From contig JBMNRW010000002.1 of the NCBI GenBank assembly GCA_050944875.1, forward strand, positions 1,009 to 65,008: DNA of 64,000 nt, in the 5' to 3' direction. The translations under genes were made by a program, and so were the position numbers. How positions within the stretch are numbered: the first letter of the stretch is position 1; every line of letters starts with the position of its first letter. The notes below the pieces were generated by a model, which saw only the letters and a program-made list of their open reading frames with translations, ran no database searches and had not been told where the DNA came from. Below, piece after piece: positions 40,938 through 53,117 of the stretch. Source of the stretch: Patescibacteria group bacterium. GTDB lineage: Bacteria; Patescibacteriota; UBA1384; JACPKC01.

Positions 40938-41306
40938 ATGGTTAAACGGGTGCTACTTATCGAGGATGATATTACTCTTCGGGACTTGTACTTCACCCGG
41001 TTTAGTATGGAGGACTTTGACCTCGAGGTTGCGACCGATGGCGAGGCCGGTCTCTCTAAGGTGAAGGAGTTTAAGCCAGATGCTGTCCTCCTCGACCTCC
41101 GCATTCCGAAACTTACTGGGTTTGAAGTGCTTCGTCGCATTAAGGAGGATCCGGAGATTAAGGACACTCCGGTCATCGTCTTTACGGCTCTCTCTGGTGA
41201 TGACGACCGGAAGAAGTGTATGGAGACCGGTGCCGCTGCATTCCTCTCGAAGGCCGAGACAATGCCGAAGGATGTCATCGAGAAGATGAAGGAAGTTATC
41301 GGGTAG
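40938..41306 (+). CDS. single-domain CheY-like response regulator (REC only)
   Basis: D-D-K pattern (DD at 9-10, D53 in LLDLRIP, T81, K103); RBS AAAGGAGG. Confidence 0.85.
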   Translation: MVKRVLLIEDDITLRDLYFTRFSMEDFDLEVATDGEAGLSKVKEFKPDAVLLDLRIPKLTGFEVLRRIKEDPEIKDTPVIVFTALSGDDDRKKCMETGAAAFLSKAETMPKDVIEKMKEVIG

Positions 41307-41323
41307 CAATGCACTTCTCGTAA

Positions 41324-41356
41324 GTACGCCTCCTCACTGGGAGGCGTACTTTGTTT
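41324..41356 (+). terminator. rho-independent terminator after response regulator
   Basis: GTACGCCTCC-TCACTG-GGAGGCGTAC + TTTGTTT. Confidence 0.55.
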
Positions 41357-41389
41357 CATGGCAAGTAAGAGTAGGTCGTCGATAATCCG

Positions 41390-41418
41390 TTTACGTCTTT
41401 GTACGCGGTAGGTACAAT
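41390..41418 (+). promoter_or_regulatory. promoter TTTACG-N17-TACAAT upstream of giant gene
   Basis: -10 TACAAT 5/6 to consensus; RBS AGGAGG then GTG 41448 (ATG 41430 alternative). Confidence 0.4.
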
Positions 41419-41429
41419 AGTTGCGAACT

Positions 41430-44400
41430 ATGCGTAGGAGGGCAGGGGTGGATAATCGACCAGTTGATATTCAATCGCTTGATGAACAATTAGCCGCAAT
41501 TCAACGATCGACAAGGACAACGCTGCCGGCGCTCTTGCCTGCGCACGAGTGGCTTCGCGCGAACTCACGATTGTACTATCGGTGGCATGCCCAGTCGTAT
41601 GCTGAGCCAATTCACAAGCTAACTGCCTGGGGCGTGGTCGCGCTGTCCGTTGTAAAGATTGCAGCAATTGTTGTGCCATTGGTTAGCTCGCCAGGCAGTT
41701 CGCTTGCGGCTTCGAGCTGGACTCAGGCCAGTCAGGTGGAATTTTTAACAGGGACGACGGCTGGTGCGGCCACAGTGACAAATCTAAATGGCGGCGCAGT
41801 GACGCTCAACTCGTCTCAGTTTTCGCATAAGCGATCGGTTACCATTGACAATACGAATGGCGGCACGCTGACAGACGCACCCGTAAGGGTCGAGCTTACA
41901 AGTGAGAATTTTGATTTTACTGCAGCACAGGCCGATGGGGATGATATTCGGTTTTATGCGGCTGATGATACAACAGCGCTTGAGTATTGGACGGAGAGCT
42001 GGAACGCGAACGACCAGGTAGCGACAGTGTGGGTGAAGCTCCCCTCACTAAATGCAGGAGCGTCGACGATCGTACATCTTTACTCGGGCAATCCAGTCAT
42101 TGAGGGTGGGAGCGCAGCGCCATTCTCGGTCACTCCATCAACGGCCAATATGAGTCTTTGGCTGGATTCGAGTACCTTAAGCCAGGTAGACGGAGCGGCG
42201 GTAGCTAATTGGTCAGATCGACGGGGTCTTGCCGCCGAGGCTACACAGTTAATTGAACAGCATCAGCCAACCGTGCAGACGAATGAGCTCAACGGACATG
42301 CGGTTGTTCGTTTTGATGGTTTAGATGACTTTGTTTCTTTTGGTAATATCGATGATATTCGGACGGTTTTTTGGGTGTACAAGTACAACCCGGAAGCCGG
42401 GGCAGCGCATCGTCCGATGCTTGGTCATTCGGCTGTGCATCATTTCCATGGAGACAGTGCACAAAACATTTGGGGTGAGGATAGTTCAAGCTATGTAACC
42501 AGTGGAACAACGCGACTACATGGGGCGTCGATTGACGGTTTATCTACCCAATTGCCGACGTCGTTTAAATACATGTCTCTTGTGACCACGGATAATACTT
42601 CGGCTGATTCTTTTGCCAAGGATCGAGATACGGGCAATATGTTTTCGGGAGATTTAGCTGAGCTTATTATCTACAACGCTGCGCTCTCTGATTCAGATGT
42701 TAAATCCATCGAGTCATACTTGAACGGTAAGTATTTCTCCGTGGTGACGGTCGGGGAGGCGACGACACTGGATTTAGGTGGAACGTACACCTCTTCGTCA
42801 CATGATACGGCGCAGTTCTCAGATTTTTCGACGCTCAGTTGGAATGCAGTGGTACCCACTGGCACTGAGATTAAGTTTCAGCTGCGGAGTGCAGAATCAG
42901 AAGCTGATCTTACTAACGCGACATGGTATGGCCCAACTGGTACGAACGATTACTACGTAACGCCTGATACCGTTGTCAACGAGATCTCAAACGGCAAGCG
43001 CTGGGTTCAATATCAGGTGACTTTGAGTGCGGTTGAGAACGGTACATTTCCTGTGCTTGAAAGCGTTACGCTTGCATATGATACAGCAAGTCTCATAGTC
43101 ACCGAGCCTACAGGCCTTGCGATGGGCGTATATACAGTAAACAATCTGACGATTAATGGCGGGCAGACGCTTACACTTGCGGGTGGTACAACGCTCAATG
43201 TGTTCGGTGACTTAGTCCTTGATGATGCTGGTGGCGCTTCGCAGATTGTTTGTCAGGGAAGTAATAAGGCAGAGCGGATCGACGGCGAGTGGGTAGGTCG
43301 GGGATGTGTGGTTAATGTAGCTGGCGACACCGTGATTGACGCTAATTCAGCCATCACAGCAGATGGTCAGGGTTATACTGGCACACATCGTGGTGCTGGT
43401 AATGGTCCAGGGGGTGCGCCTGCTGGCGGAATCTACGCTGGTCCAGGTGGAAGTTATGGCGGTGTTGGGAGCTATGGCAGAGAAGATGGTACCGACGGCT
43501 TGCCTGGTCAATCGTACGGGGATGCCTTAGAGCCAATCGATCTTGGCTCAGCCGGCGGAAGTAGTACAAGTATGTATAGCTCCGGCGTCGGTGGTTCGGG
43601 CGGGGGTGCAATTCGACTAGATGTTCAGGGTACTATAGAGCTGAACGGTGAAATCTCTGCCAATGGTGAAGATGGTACAGGAAGTGGTACTTACGGCTCG
43701 GGTGGTGGTTCGGGTGGTTCAATTTGGATTACGGCCGGAACGTTAACCGGTGGTGGCACCATTGCGGCGAATGGTGGTGATGGTCGCGATGGTGACTGGG
43801 ATGGTGGTGGTGGTGGTGGGCGGATCGCAATTCACTATACGACGAACAATGGTTTCGATTTTACAAATGTCACAGCAACGTTAGGCGGTGGCGGCTTAAA
43901 TGCTGGCGAGAACGGAACAACCTATGCGCTTGCGAACGGACACTTACTAGTGTGGCAGCGTCTTGCAGTGGAGGGCGGGCGCAGTCTCTCGTACAGCAGT
44001 GTTCTCATTGAGAACGGCTCGTTGTTTGTGGTAGGCGGAGATAGTTCGCTGACGATTAGCGAGGACTTGACGGTAACGGGGGGCTCAACTCTGCAGCTTG
44101 AGGGTGCAAATCGCACAGGGAAGGTTGACGACCAGTGGCGAGGCACAGGCGTTGCAATTAATGCTGGAGATCTCGTTATTGATGCCGGTTCATCTATTAC
44201 GGCAGATGGTCAGGGTTATACTGGCACACATCGTGGTGCTGGTAATGGTCCAGGGGGTGCGCCTGCTGGCGGAATCTACGCTGGTCCAGGTGGAAGTTAT
44301 GGCGGTGTTGGGAGCTATGGCAGAGAAGATGGTACCGACGGCTTGCCTGGTCAATCGTACGGGGATGCCTTAGAGCCAATCGATCTTGGCTCAGCCGGCG

Positions 44401-47400
44401 GAAGTAGTACAAGTATGTATAGCTCCGGCGTCGGTGGTTCGGGCGGGGGTGCAATTCGACTAGATGTTCAGGGTACTATAGAGCTGAACGGTGAAATCTC
44501 TGCCAATGGTGAAGATGGTACAGGAAGTGGTACTTACGGCTCGGGTGGTGGTTCGGGTGGTTCAATTTGGATTACGGCCGGAACGTTAACCGGTGGTGGC
44601 ACCATTGCGGCGAATGGTGGTGATGGTCGCGATGGTGACTGGGATGGTGGTGGTGGTGGTGGGCGGATCGCAATTCACTATACGACGAACAATGGTTTCG
44701 ATTTTACAAATGTCACAGCAACGTTAGGCGGTGGCGGCTTAAATGCTGGCGAGAACGGAACAACCTATGCGCTTGCGAACGGACACTTACTAGTGTGGCA
44801 GCGTCTTGCAGTGGAGGGCGGGCGCAGTCTCTCGTACAGCAGTGTTCTCATTGAGAACGGCTCGTTGTTTGTGGTAGGCGGAGATAGTTTGCTGACGATT
44901 AGCGAGGACTTGACGGTAACGGGGGGCTCAACTCTGCAGCTTGAGGGTGCAAATCGCACAGGGAAGGTTGACGACCAGTGGCGAGGCACAGGCGGTGTAA
45001 TTAATGCTGGAGATCTCGTTATTGATGCCGGTTCATCTATTACGGCAGATGGTCAGGGTTATACGGGAGTATGTCATGGCGCCCCGAACGGTCCTGGCGG
45101 TGCAACTGTCGGTGGCTTCCATGCTGGTCCGGGTGGAAGCTACGGTAGCTTGGGAAAATATGGCAACGCGAATGGCGCTGATGGTACGCCAGGTCAAACG
45201 TACGGTAATGCCTATGCGCCAATCGACCTCGGCTCAGCTGGTGGAGGTCTATCGAGCACCGGCGGTTGTGGCATTGGTGGCTCGGGCGGTGGTGCGATTC
45301 GGCTTTATGTTCAGGGTACTTTAGAACTGAATGGAGAGATTACTGCCAACGGCTCTAATGGTGCGGGCGGCGGCGGTGGTTCTGGCGGCTCGATTTGGAT
45401 TACAACCGGAACATTAACTGGAAGTGGATCTGTGGCCGCAAATGGCGGTAACGGTGACCCGGCCAATAGTGCCAACGGTGGTGGTGGTGGTGGACGGATT
45501 GCAATAGGCTATGAGGAGCGTGTATCTGATTCCACAACCCGGTCAGCCGTTTGTGGTGCAGGCGGCTGGACGACAGGGTCGCAAGGCACGATCGTTTTTG
45601 GCGCACTGCCTCAGGTAAATTTAACTACTGAAGATGGGGCTATTATGCCTGCGCGACCGACCTTGAGTTTTTCTGCGTCGCATCCAGAGGGCAGGCAACT
45701 ATACATGAGCATACAGTATGTCGCGCGAGTTGGAGCTGATTGTTCGGAAGATGATTTTAGTGCTGCTGAAACAATCGATTCTGCGGCTATGAGTGAGGGC
45801 TGGAGTTCGGACGGCCTGTATGAGACGACTAGTGGTCCGGCGGCGGCTTCTTATACATTTACCGACGACCTTGGAAGTGGTTACTACTGCTGGCGCGCGA
45901 CGAGCCGCGTATCGATCGACGGATATACTGAGTGGGCTCGTTGGTCTGCTCCGCTTAGCTACGTTGTCGATGCGGCTCAGCCGGCAGCAGTGGTGCTCTT
46001 TACGGACTTTGATATGTACTACACTGATTCCAGTGCAATCCCAACATCCCTTACGGGAACGTCTGTTGATGATGATCAGGGCATGGGTTTGTATGCCAAT
46101 AGCTCAACATTCGCTGTATCGCGGGCACACGATGGAAAGTATTGGGATGGGACAGATTGGGCGAGTAGGCCGGTATATTTATCAACTACTCATCCTGCAA
46201 CAGAAAGTACCCACCAAGCTATTACGTGGAATTCGGCGGTGCAGTTGCCCAACTGGGAGGAGGGCGTATATACAATTCGTGTTCGTGCGATTGATAAGGC
46301 TGGCAATATGCTCACGATCCCCGCGGCCGGGTTTACGTACGACGAGACGCCTCCAGACGATATTGAAGAGGTTAGGGACGGTGACGATGAGATCGACGAC
46401 GACTTCACCGCCACGACGAGCGAGCTCGCTGCGAACTGGGTTGAGACCAATGACGCGACCGCGGGGCTCGAGCGCTACGAGTACGCAGTCGGCACCACTG
46501 ATGGCGGCTCCGACGTGCTCGGCTGGACGAGTAACGCGACGAATGTCACCATGACCGTGGAGGGTCTATCGCTCGCCGAGGGGGAGCAGTACTACGTCGC
46601 AACGCGGGCGATCGATCGCGCGGGAAACATTACGTCGATCTCGTCCTCGGACGGCATTGTCCCAGACGTCACGCCGCCAACGGCAGTGCCGGTCGTTGAC
46701 GAGCAGAAGACGGGGACGGACAACGGGCTAGTCAACTCAACGACGACGCTTTCCTTGACCTGGGAAGCTGCGACAGATGCGATCTCGGGAATTCAGAAAT
46801 ACCAGTACGCGCTTGGGACGACGCCCGGTGCAACCGATGTCGTGACGTGGACTGATAGTACGGCGCAGATTGCCAGCGTCAGTCGTACGGCTGGCTCCAT
46901 CGGTGTCGCAAACGCAGCGACAACGTATGAGCAGAGCGTGACGGGTTTGAGCCTCTCGAACGGCACAACGTACTTCGCGTCGGTCCGCGCGGTCGACAAT
47001 GCGGGGAACGCGTCAGCGCCGAAATCAACGGATGGAGTGACTGTCGATACGACGGCTCCAGATGCTCCGGTTATTACCTCGCCGGCTGCTGGCGCGACCG
47101 TCACCGACAGTACGCCAGTCATTACCGGAACGGCCGAGGCGAATAGCATAGTTGAGGTCAGGGTGAATGGCCGGACATATACGGCGGCAGCTGATGTGAA
47201 TGGCGGCTGGGCGGTTGAGGCAACAGACCCGCTGACTGCTGGCGTTCAGAACGATCTCGTCGTCCGAGCGATCGATGGCGCGGGGAACGCTTCAGTGAGG
47301 GCTGAGCGAAAGTTTGTCTACCAGGTGATTGCTCAAGGGATGATTATCGACTACCCCGAGGATGAGTCAGTCGTACTTGATCCAGTGACGGGAATGACCA

Positions 47401-49058
47401 TTCCGGTCGATGAGCGCTCCCTCGCGCCACGGATTGCGCTACAGGTGCGAGGCGTGACATTTAGCCTCGGCGATCCTCGCGTCGCCGAGCTGTTCCGTGG
47501 TGACGACGTCACTGTCATCGTAACGACCCCGCTTGGGAAGACGACCACCGGCGTACGCATCGACATCGCGGGCGTGGTGTACGAGCTCACGCTCCAGGAT
47601 GACGGGACGTACCGCCGGACGCTCACCTCGACCGAGATTGGCGATGCGACGACCGCGATCGTGACGCTCACATACGCTGATGGGATGACGGAGCAGCTCG
47701 CGATGGCGCTCCTCATTAACCCGTACGGCTACGTGTACGCACTCGATCGTGAGGGTCGGGAGATCCGAGTAAAGGACGCAGCTGTCCGTCTTGAGGTGCA
47801 GGGGGAAGATGGGTGGCAGCTCTGGGATGCCAGCCGCTTCGGCCAAGTGAACCCGCAGCAGACGACGCAGCAGGGTGAGTACGCGTTCGTCGTGCCGGCT
47901 GGTACGTACCAACTCGTTGTGACCGCGACCGGCTACCGAGGGTACTGGAGCGAGCCGCTGGTGGTGCTTGGTGAACCGATCAATCTGAACGTCCGCCTCG
48001 TCGAGCAAGGGGCAATCGAGCAATTCCTCACCGGACTCATTGGCACAGGAAGGGAGAGTGCGGTTGGCCAGCTGGTGGTGCAGCCGGCCGCGCAAACTGC
48101 GAACGCCGTTGCAGTATCGTTCGTCGCCCTTGTCACGCTTGGACTTGCGCTCGCGCCGACGCTTGTGGCCGGTGCATCAATCGCACCAGCGCTCGCGATG
48201 GCTGGCACTGCTGGCGCAGGCGTCGGTGCGAGCGGAGCGGGAATAGGGGCAGCAGGCGCTGCTGGTTCTGGCGCAGTCTCGCCGCTCACGAGCCTTATCT
48301 TCGCCATCACCTCGTGGTTCCGCCGGCACCGCCGCTACGGCCGGGTGTACGACGCAGCGACGAATATGCCGGTGGCAGGTGCAACGATCCGCCTCATTTC
48401 AGAAGGCGCGTGCGGGATCGAGAGCGGGAAGCTCATCGGGACGCAGGTAACGAATACCTTGGGGTACTATCATATTTACGCCGCGAAGGGCGCGTACCGC
48501 ATCGAGGTAATTGCCCCGAACTACGCATTCCCGTCGAAGGTTGCCCTGTTCGGGTACAAGGGCGAGGTGAAGTCGCTGCCGAGCGGCGGACTCTTGAATC
48601 CGGATGTTCCGCTCGACGGCCGGACGAAGCAGAACGCCGACGTGCTGGCGAACCTCCGGAGTGTCGCCGACCGCATCCGCAACGCCCGACTCCTCTTCCT
48701 CGTGCTTGGGACGATCGTTGCCCTTGCCTTTACCGTACTCGCGCCGTCGTGGCTGAGTGGTGCGGTGCTCGCAGTCTACGGCATGCTCTGGCTCAACGAC
48801 CTGTGGACTGTTGCTCGAGCGCGGCGTCGCGCGCTGGTGCTCTCTGACGGGAAGCCGGTTTGGCTCGCGATCGTCCGAGTGTACAACGAGGCGAAAGAAC
48901 TCGTCGCGACCTGCTCAACGGACAACCATGGGCAGTTCAGCGTCCTCCTTGCTCCTGGGAACTACGCGATTGAAGTTATGCAGTCCGGCCATAAGCTCCT
49001 CCGGAAAACCGTGCAGCAACCAACCCACGGCGACCTGAAGGTGACGCTCCGAGTCTAG
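41430..49058 (+). CDS. giant multi-domain cell-surface protein (about 2,540 aa): N-terminal TM, DUF2341 + LamG-like, 2.5 Gly-rich beta-helix-type repeats, FN3/Ig-like repeats, C-terminal TM cluster with two CarboxypepD_reg-like domains
   Basis: DUF2341-like IRFY...LEYWTESWN...ATVWVKLPSL; LamG-like ...GDLAELIIYNAALSD; repeat units with GGAI-like motifs; repeated Y.YA.GTT.G..DV..WT...RA.D.AGN modules; GRVYDAATNMPVAGATIRL and NHGQFSVLLAPGNYAIEV. Confidence 0.8.
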   Translation: MRRRAGVDNRPVDIQSLDEQLAAIQRSTRTTLPALLPAHEWLRANSRLYYRWHAQSYAEPIHKLTAWGVVALSVVKIAAIVVPLVSSPGSSLAASSWTQASQVEFLTGTTAGAATVTNLNGGAVTLNSSQFSHKRSVTIDNTNGGTLTDAPVRVELTSENFDFTAAQADGDDIRFYAADDTTALEYWTESWNANDQVATVWVKLPSLNAGASTIVHLYSGNPVIEGGSAAPFSVTPSTANMSLWLDSSTLSQVDGAAVANWSDRRGLAAEATQLIEQHQPTVQTNELNGHAVVRFDGLDDFVSFGNIDDIRTVFWVYKYNPEAGAAHRPMLGHSAVHHFHGDSAQNIWGEDSSSYVTSGTTRLHGASIDGLSTQLPTSFKYMSLVTTDNTSADSFAKDRDTGNMFSGDLAELIIYNAALSDSDVKSIESYLNGKYFSVVTVGEATTLDLGGTYTSSSHDTAQFSDFSTLSWNAVVPTGTEIKFQLRSAESEADLTNATWYGPTGTNDYYVTPDTVVNEISNGKRWVQYQVTLSAVENGTFPVLESVTLAYDTASLIVTEPTGLAMGVYTVNNLTINGGQTLTLAGGTTLNVFGDLVLDDAGGASQIVCQGSNKAERIDGEWVGRGCVVNVAGDTVIDANSAITADGQGYTGTHRGAGNGPGGAPAGGIYAGPGGSYGGVGSYGREDGTDGLPGQSYGDALEPIDLGSAGGSSTSMYSSGVGGSGGGAIRLDVQGTIELNGEISANGEDGTGSGTYGSGGGSGGSIWITAGTLTGGGTIAANGGDGRDGDWDGGGGGGRIAIHYTTNNGFDFTNVTATLGGGGLNAGENGTTYALANGHLLVWQRLAVEGGRSLSYSSVLIENGSLFVVGGDSSLTISEDLTVTGGSTLQLEGANRTGKVDDQWRGTGVAINAGDLVIDAGSSITADGQGYTGTHRGAGNGPGGAPAGGIYAGPGGSYGGVGSYGREDGTDGLPGQSYGDALEPIDLGSAGGSSTSMYSSGVGGSGGGAIRLDVQGTIELNGEISANGEDGTGSGTYGSGGGSGGSIWITAGTLTGGGTIAANGGDGRDGDWDGGGGGGRIAIHYTTNNGFDFTNVTATLGGGGLNAGENGTTYALANGHLLVWQRLAVEGGRSLSYSSVLIENGSLFVVGGDSLLTISEDLTVTGGSTLQLEGANRTGKVDDQWRGTGGVINAGDLVIDAGSSITADGQGYTGVCHGAPNGPGGATVGGFHAGPGGSYGSLGKYGNANGADGTPGQTYGNAYAPIDLGSAGGGLSSTGGCGIGGSGGGAIRLYVQGTLELNGEITANGSNGAGGGGGSGGSIWITTGTLTGSGSVAANGGNGDPANSANGGGGGGRIAIGYEERVSDSTTRSAVCGAGGWTTGSQGTIVFGALPQVNLTTEDGAIMPARPTLSFSASHPEGRQLYMSIQYVARVGADCSEDDFSAAETIDSAAMSEGWSSDGLYETTSGPAAASYTFTDDLGSGYYCWRATSRVSIDGYTEWARWSAPLSYVVDAAQPAAVVLFTDFDMYYTDSSAIPTSLTGTSVDDDQGMGLYANSSTFAVSRAHDGKYWDGTDWASRPVYLSTTHPATESTHQAITWNSAVQLPNWEEGVYTIRVRAIDKAGNMLTIPAAGFTYDETPPDDIEEVRDGDDEIDDDFTATTSELAANWVETNDATAGLERYEYAVGTTDGGSDVLGWTSNATNVTMTVEGLSLAEGEQYYVATRAIDRAGNITSISSSDGIVPDVTPPTAVPVVDEQKTGTDNGLVNSTTTLSLTWEAATDAISGIQKYQYALGTTPGATDVVTWTDSTAQIASVSRTAGSIGVANAATTYEQSVTGLSLSNGTTYFASVRAVDNAGNASAPKSTDGVTVDTTAPDAPVITSPAAGATVTDSTPVITGTAEANSIVEVRVNGRTYTAAADVNGGWAVEATDPLTAGVQNDLVVRAIDGAGNASVRAERKFVYQVIAQGMIIDYPEDESVVLDPVTGMTIPVDERSLAPRIALQVRGVTFSLGDPRVAELFRGDDVTVIVTTPLGKTTTGVRIDIAGVVYELTLQDDGTYRRTLTSTEIGDATTAIVTLTYADGMTEQLAMALLINPYGYVYALDREGREIRVKDAAVRLEVQGEDGWQLWDASRFGQVNPQQTTQQGEYAFVVPAGTYQLVVTATGYRGYWSEPLVVLGEPINLNVRLVEQGAIEQFLTGLIGTGRESAVGQLVVQPAAQTANAVAVSFVALVTLGLALAPTLVAGASIAPALAMAGTAGAGVGASGAGIGAAGAAGSGAVSPLTSLIFAITSWFRRHRRYGRVYDAATNMPVAGATIRLISEGACGIESGKLIGTQVTNTLGYYHIYAAKGAYRIEVIAPNYAFPSKVALFGYKGEVKSLPSGGLLNPDVPLDGRTKQNADVLANLRSVADRIRNARLLFLVLGTIVALAFTVLAPSWLSGAVLAVYGMLWLNDLWTVARARRRALVLSDGKPVWLAIVRVYNEAKELVATCSTDNHGQFSVLLAPGNYAIEVMQSGHKLLRKTVQQPTHGDLKVTLRV
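43357..45058 (+). repeat. two near-identical 843-bp tandem direct repeats (about 99% identity) inside the giant gene, followed by a diverged third unit to about 45,590
   Basis: Identical spurious ORF pairs offset by exactly 843 nt in the six-frame track (43336/44098+, 43354/44197-, 43922/44765-) and direct sequence comparison. Confidence 0.85.
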
Positions 49059-49164
49059 ACTGCTAGCTCGGAGCGTTGGCCAAGGGCTTGACAACGACAG
49101 AAACCAATCGTACGATGCGCGAGGACATGACGAATTCACGGAACAACCAGGAGGAAAACGGCCG

Positions 49165-49193
49165 TTGAACTTCGCCGCAACGTGTGGTATGTT
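49165..49193 (+). promoter_or_regulatory. candidate 23S-5S promoter TTGAAC-N17-TATGTT
   Basis: Hexamers about 170 nt upstream of 23S processing stem. Confidence 0.4.
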
Positions 49194-49359
49194 CCGGCCG
49201 CCTCGAGCGGTTTTTACTTTCCTTCCCGCCGGCACCCTGCTGACTCACCCGAGTCGCCAGAGTAGCGCCGAGAAGCGTCACCTTGAAAAGCTGGAAATTG
49301 AGACTATGGCAATTGCACCGAGAAGAATTCTCTGAATGAATTGCGGCCGAAGGTCGTAG

Positions 49360-52375
<3,016 letters not shown>

Positions 52376-52423
52376 AGCGTTCGCTCGGTGCAATTGTCGT
52401 AGTCTCAGTGTAGTGTCCAGTGT

Positions 52424-52540
<117 letters not shown>

Positions 52541-52560
52541 CAGTGGACAGTACCTCGGAA

Positions 52561-52585
52561 GGCGCGGCAGTTCGCCGCGTTTTTG
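52561..52585 (+). terminator. terminator after 5S
   Basis: CGCGGC-AGTTC-GCCGCG + TTTTT. Confidence 0.5.
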
Positions 52586-52655
52586 CGTAGATGGTACGCC
52601 ACGACGGTGGGATCCGTACGTTGAGAAATCGGAAACGTGGGAGGAAAAAAGACTA

Positions 52656-53087
52656 ATGACCCTTATGGTTGAGGTTTCGGCACCCCAGACGACGGGGAAG
52701 GTCATCTACCGGCAGCTCCCGGGCGTGGATCTGCCGCGGGCGATCATCGCCCACGCGCCGCAGGGCGGTCTCCTGCAGTTCTCGGCCAAGCGGCTGCGCA
52801 AGGCGCTCTTCGGCCGGGAGCTCTGGCTCAAGCGTCGGTTCGGCTTCGACTCGATCGACGAGGCGATCGACTGCATCATGAAGCGAGTCGACGCCTGCGT
52901 GGTCGAGGAGTTCCTCGAGGCACTCCGGTACAAGGGGCCGGGCGTCGTCCGGGTCTCGGTGCGCGTGGACTGGGCGGTCGTCCGTCACAGCTTCCGGATC
53001 GCGCCGGACCGGCCGAATAAGTCGGGGTTGCCCGACAGCGAACTGCGACTGATTCGTCAGATTGGTGGCGAGCTCAGGTTCGCGTAG
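52656..53087 (+). CDS. hypothetical protein (143 aa)
   Basis: RBS GGGAGG 8 nt upstream; strong GC3 bias; upstream part of ORF-track frame lies in 23S/5S and was discarded. Confidence 0.5.
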   Translation: MTLMVEVSAPQTTGKVIYRQLPGVDLPRAIIAHAPQGGLLQFSAKRLRKALFGRELWLKRRFGFDSIDEAIDCIMKRVDACVVEEFLEALRYKGPGVVRVSVRVDWAVVRHSFRIAPDRPNKSGLPDSELRLIRQIGGELRFA

Positions 53088-53117
53088 AGTAGGGACAATC
53101 AGGAATGCGGATCCCAT

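Noticed and set aside
43560-45340. Chlamydial Pmp-type (GGAI/FxxN) autotransporter passenger assignment for the Gly-rich repeats
   Set aside because: GGAI-like tetrapeptides are present, but in such Gly-rich sequence they could arise by chance and no beta-barrel translocator domain is present. It is kept only as a weak analogy inside the giant-protein finding.
43330-45600. Possible CRISPR array or non-coding satellite, given the regular 843-nt periodicity
   Set aside because: The repeat unit is 843 nt with no short spacer/repeat alternation and is in frame within a continuous 7.6-kb ORF. It is a coding tandem duplication.
35640-49100. Integrase, transposase, IS element or attL/attR repeats delimiting the low-GC island
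   Set aside because: No ORF in the island resembles tyrosine/serine recombinases or DDE transposases, and no copy of the tRNA-Ala 3' end was found at the far boundary.
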